NCBI GenBank assembly: GCA_021787555.1 | Contig: JAJYLS010000001.1 | Location: 27,967 to 91,966 of the forward strand | DNA length: 64,000 bases | Source: Acidobacteriota bacterium | Lineage (GTDB): Bacteria; Acidobacteriota; Terriglobia; Bryobacterales; Bryobacteraceae | Reading direction: 5' to 3' | Shown: piece after piece, positions 63,323-64,000 of the stretch | Layout: every line of letters starts with the position of its first letter | Position numbering within the stretch: position 1 is the first letter of the stretch | Made by a program: the position numbers and the translations under genes | The notes under the pieces: model-generated | The model's database searches: none | Seen by the model: the letters and a program-made list of their open reading frames with translations, nothing else | Told to the model about the DNA's origin: nothing

Positions 63323-64000
63323 GTGAGCGTGTGGGCGCAACTGCAAATTCAGACCGTAAAAGCTTTCTACACCGCAGTGACCGGCTCGGGTATGTTACGC
63401 ATCCGCTCCGGGAGAAGGGCTTATTCCGCGCTGTATTTCTGCTACAAGCGATACCTGGAAGATCCGTTTTATAAGCTTGCGCAATGCCATCCGGAGTTGT
63501 TCCGCGGCGGGCATATCGTGGATGTGGGAGCCAATATCGGCTACACCGCCGCGGTATTCGCGAACGCGATCACGCCGGGATTCAAAGTGTTTGCCTTCGA
63601 GCCCGAGGATCTGAACTTCCGCATGCTCGGCGAGTTGGTGGCGCAGCGCGGAATCGCGGACATCGTGGTTCCGGTGCAAGCCGCGGTTGGCGCGGAGGAG
63701 GGCAGCGCCATGCTCAAGGTCAATCCGCGGCATCCCGGCGACCATTCCGTGATCACCGAAAAATCACGCGAGCCGGATGCTCCAAAAAGGAAGGTCGTGC
63801 TGGTCAAGGTGGACAACTTCCTGCGGGACCGTGGCGCATCCACTCCTGTTGCGTTGATCAAGATCGACGTGCAGGGTTACGAAATGGCCGTTTGCCAGGG
63901 CATGGTGGCGACCCTGGAGGCCAATCCCGCGGCGGTGGTGTGCCTCGAATATTCGCCCGATTCCATGCGGACCCTGGGTTTCGAGCCCACCGCGCTGCTG
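63323..64000 (+). CDS. FkbM-family methyltransferase, 3'-truncated by the window edge
   Basis: My own translation in frame 2 from GTG 63323 (or ATG 63392) gives ...HIVDVGANIGYTAAVFA...VFAFEPEDLNF...LIKIDVQGYEMAVCQGM...CLEYSP. There is no stop before 64000. It is absent from the ORF track because it is open-ended. Confidence 0.75.
   Translation, partial: MSVWAQLQIQTVKAFYTAVTGSGMLRIRSGRRAYSALYFCYKRYLEDPFYKLAQCHPELFRGGHIVDVGANIGYTAAVFANAITPGFKVFAFEPEDLNFRMLGELVAQRGIADIVVPVQAAVGAEEGSAMLKVNPRHPGDHSVITEKSREPDAPKRKVVLVKVDNFLRDRGASTPVALIKIDVQGYEMAVCQGMVATLEANPAAVVCLEYSPDSMRTLGFEPTALL

Noticed and set aside
1-64000. Scan for CRISPR arrays, rRNA, tRNA, IS-element terminal inverted repeats and toxin-antitoxin or defence gene pairs
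   Set aside because: No regularly spaced repeats, no cloverleaf-like or rRNA-like segments and no transposase-like ORFs were seen. The only nuclease-like gene is a solitary Uma2-family ORF (27234-27851). That is not sufficient to call a defence system.

Overview
High-GC bacterial chromosomal DNA. Spot counts of 60-nt lines give about 70% GC in typical genes, 55-58% at 36-41 kb and about 33% near 14.4 kb. The window is almost fully coding and I saw no rRNA, tRNA or CRISPR array by eye. Protein styles suggest an Acidobacteriota-like organism, but that is a weak inference. Nearly the whole window is one very large surface-glycan/exopolysaccharide (EPS) locus. It contains a polyprenyl-phosphate priming sugar transferase, at least nine GT2/GT4-type glycosyltransferases and five large polytopic GT-C/ArnT-like membrane proteins. 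It also has two Wzy/O-antigen-ligase-like paralogues, a glutamine-dependent AsnB-type amidotransferase, a nucleotide-sugar dehydrogenase and a UDP-GlcNAc 2-epimerase. A WbpB/E/D-like oxidoreductase-aminotransferase-acetyltransferase set, a SIS isomerase, two NodB deacetylases, GNAT-like proteins, five intact methyltransferase genes plus a sixth methyltransferase domain in a frameshifted GT2 fusion (including tandem FkbM genes), an FkbH-like HAD-IIIC protein, a VOC protein, an acyl carrier protein and a putative outer-membrane beta-barrel complete it. Several gene types resemble those I remember as exosortase/PEP-CTERM-associated EPS markers, but no exosortase is visible. Many neighbours are translationally coupled through ATGA or TGATG overlaps. 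Five things stand out. (1) Two tandem ~68-aa genes encode only a signal peptide plus a 'DPGTG'-helix-basic-tail module, upstream of a methyltransferase. (2) An AT-rich HTH-ParA-ORF-HTH-tyrosine recombinase module is inserted between glycosyltransferase operons, and its central ORF carries a dense array of GTGCAC-centred palindromes. (3) A lower-GC island encodes a phage-tail-fibre-like secreted protein and a 1037-aa secreted protein of unknown function. (4) Frameshifted or truncated sugar-modification genes cluster at 30.8-35.4 kb, with one more frameshift at 61.5 kb. (5) A 20-bp-stem hairpin lies in a divergent leader at 251-302. All family assignments come from reading motifs by eye and need HMM/BLAST confirmation.
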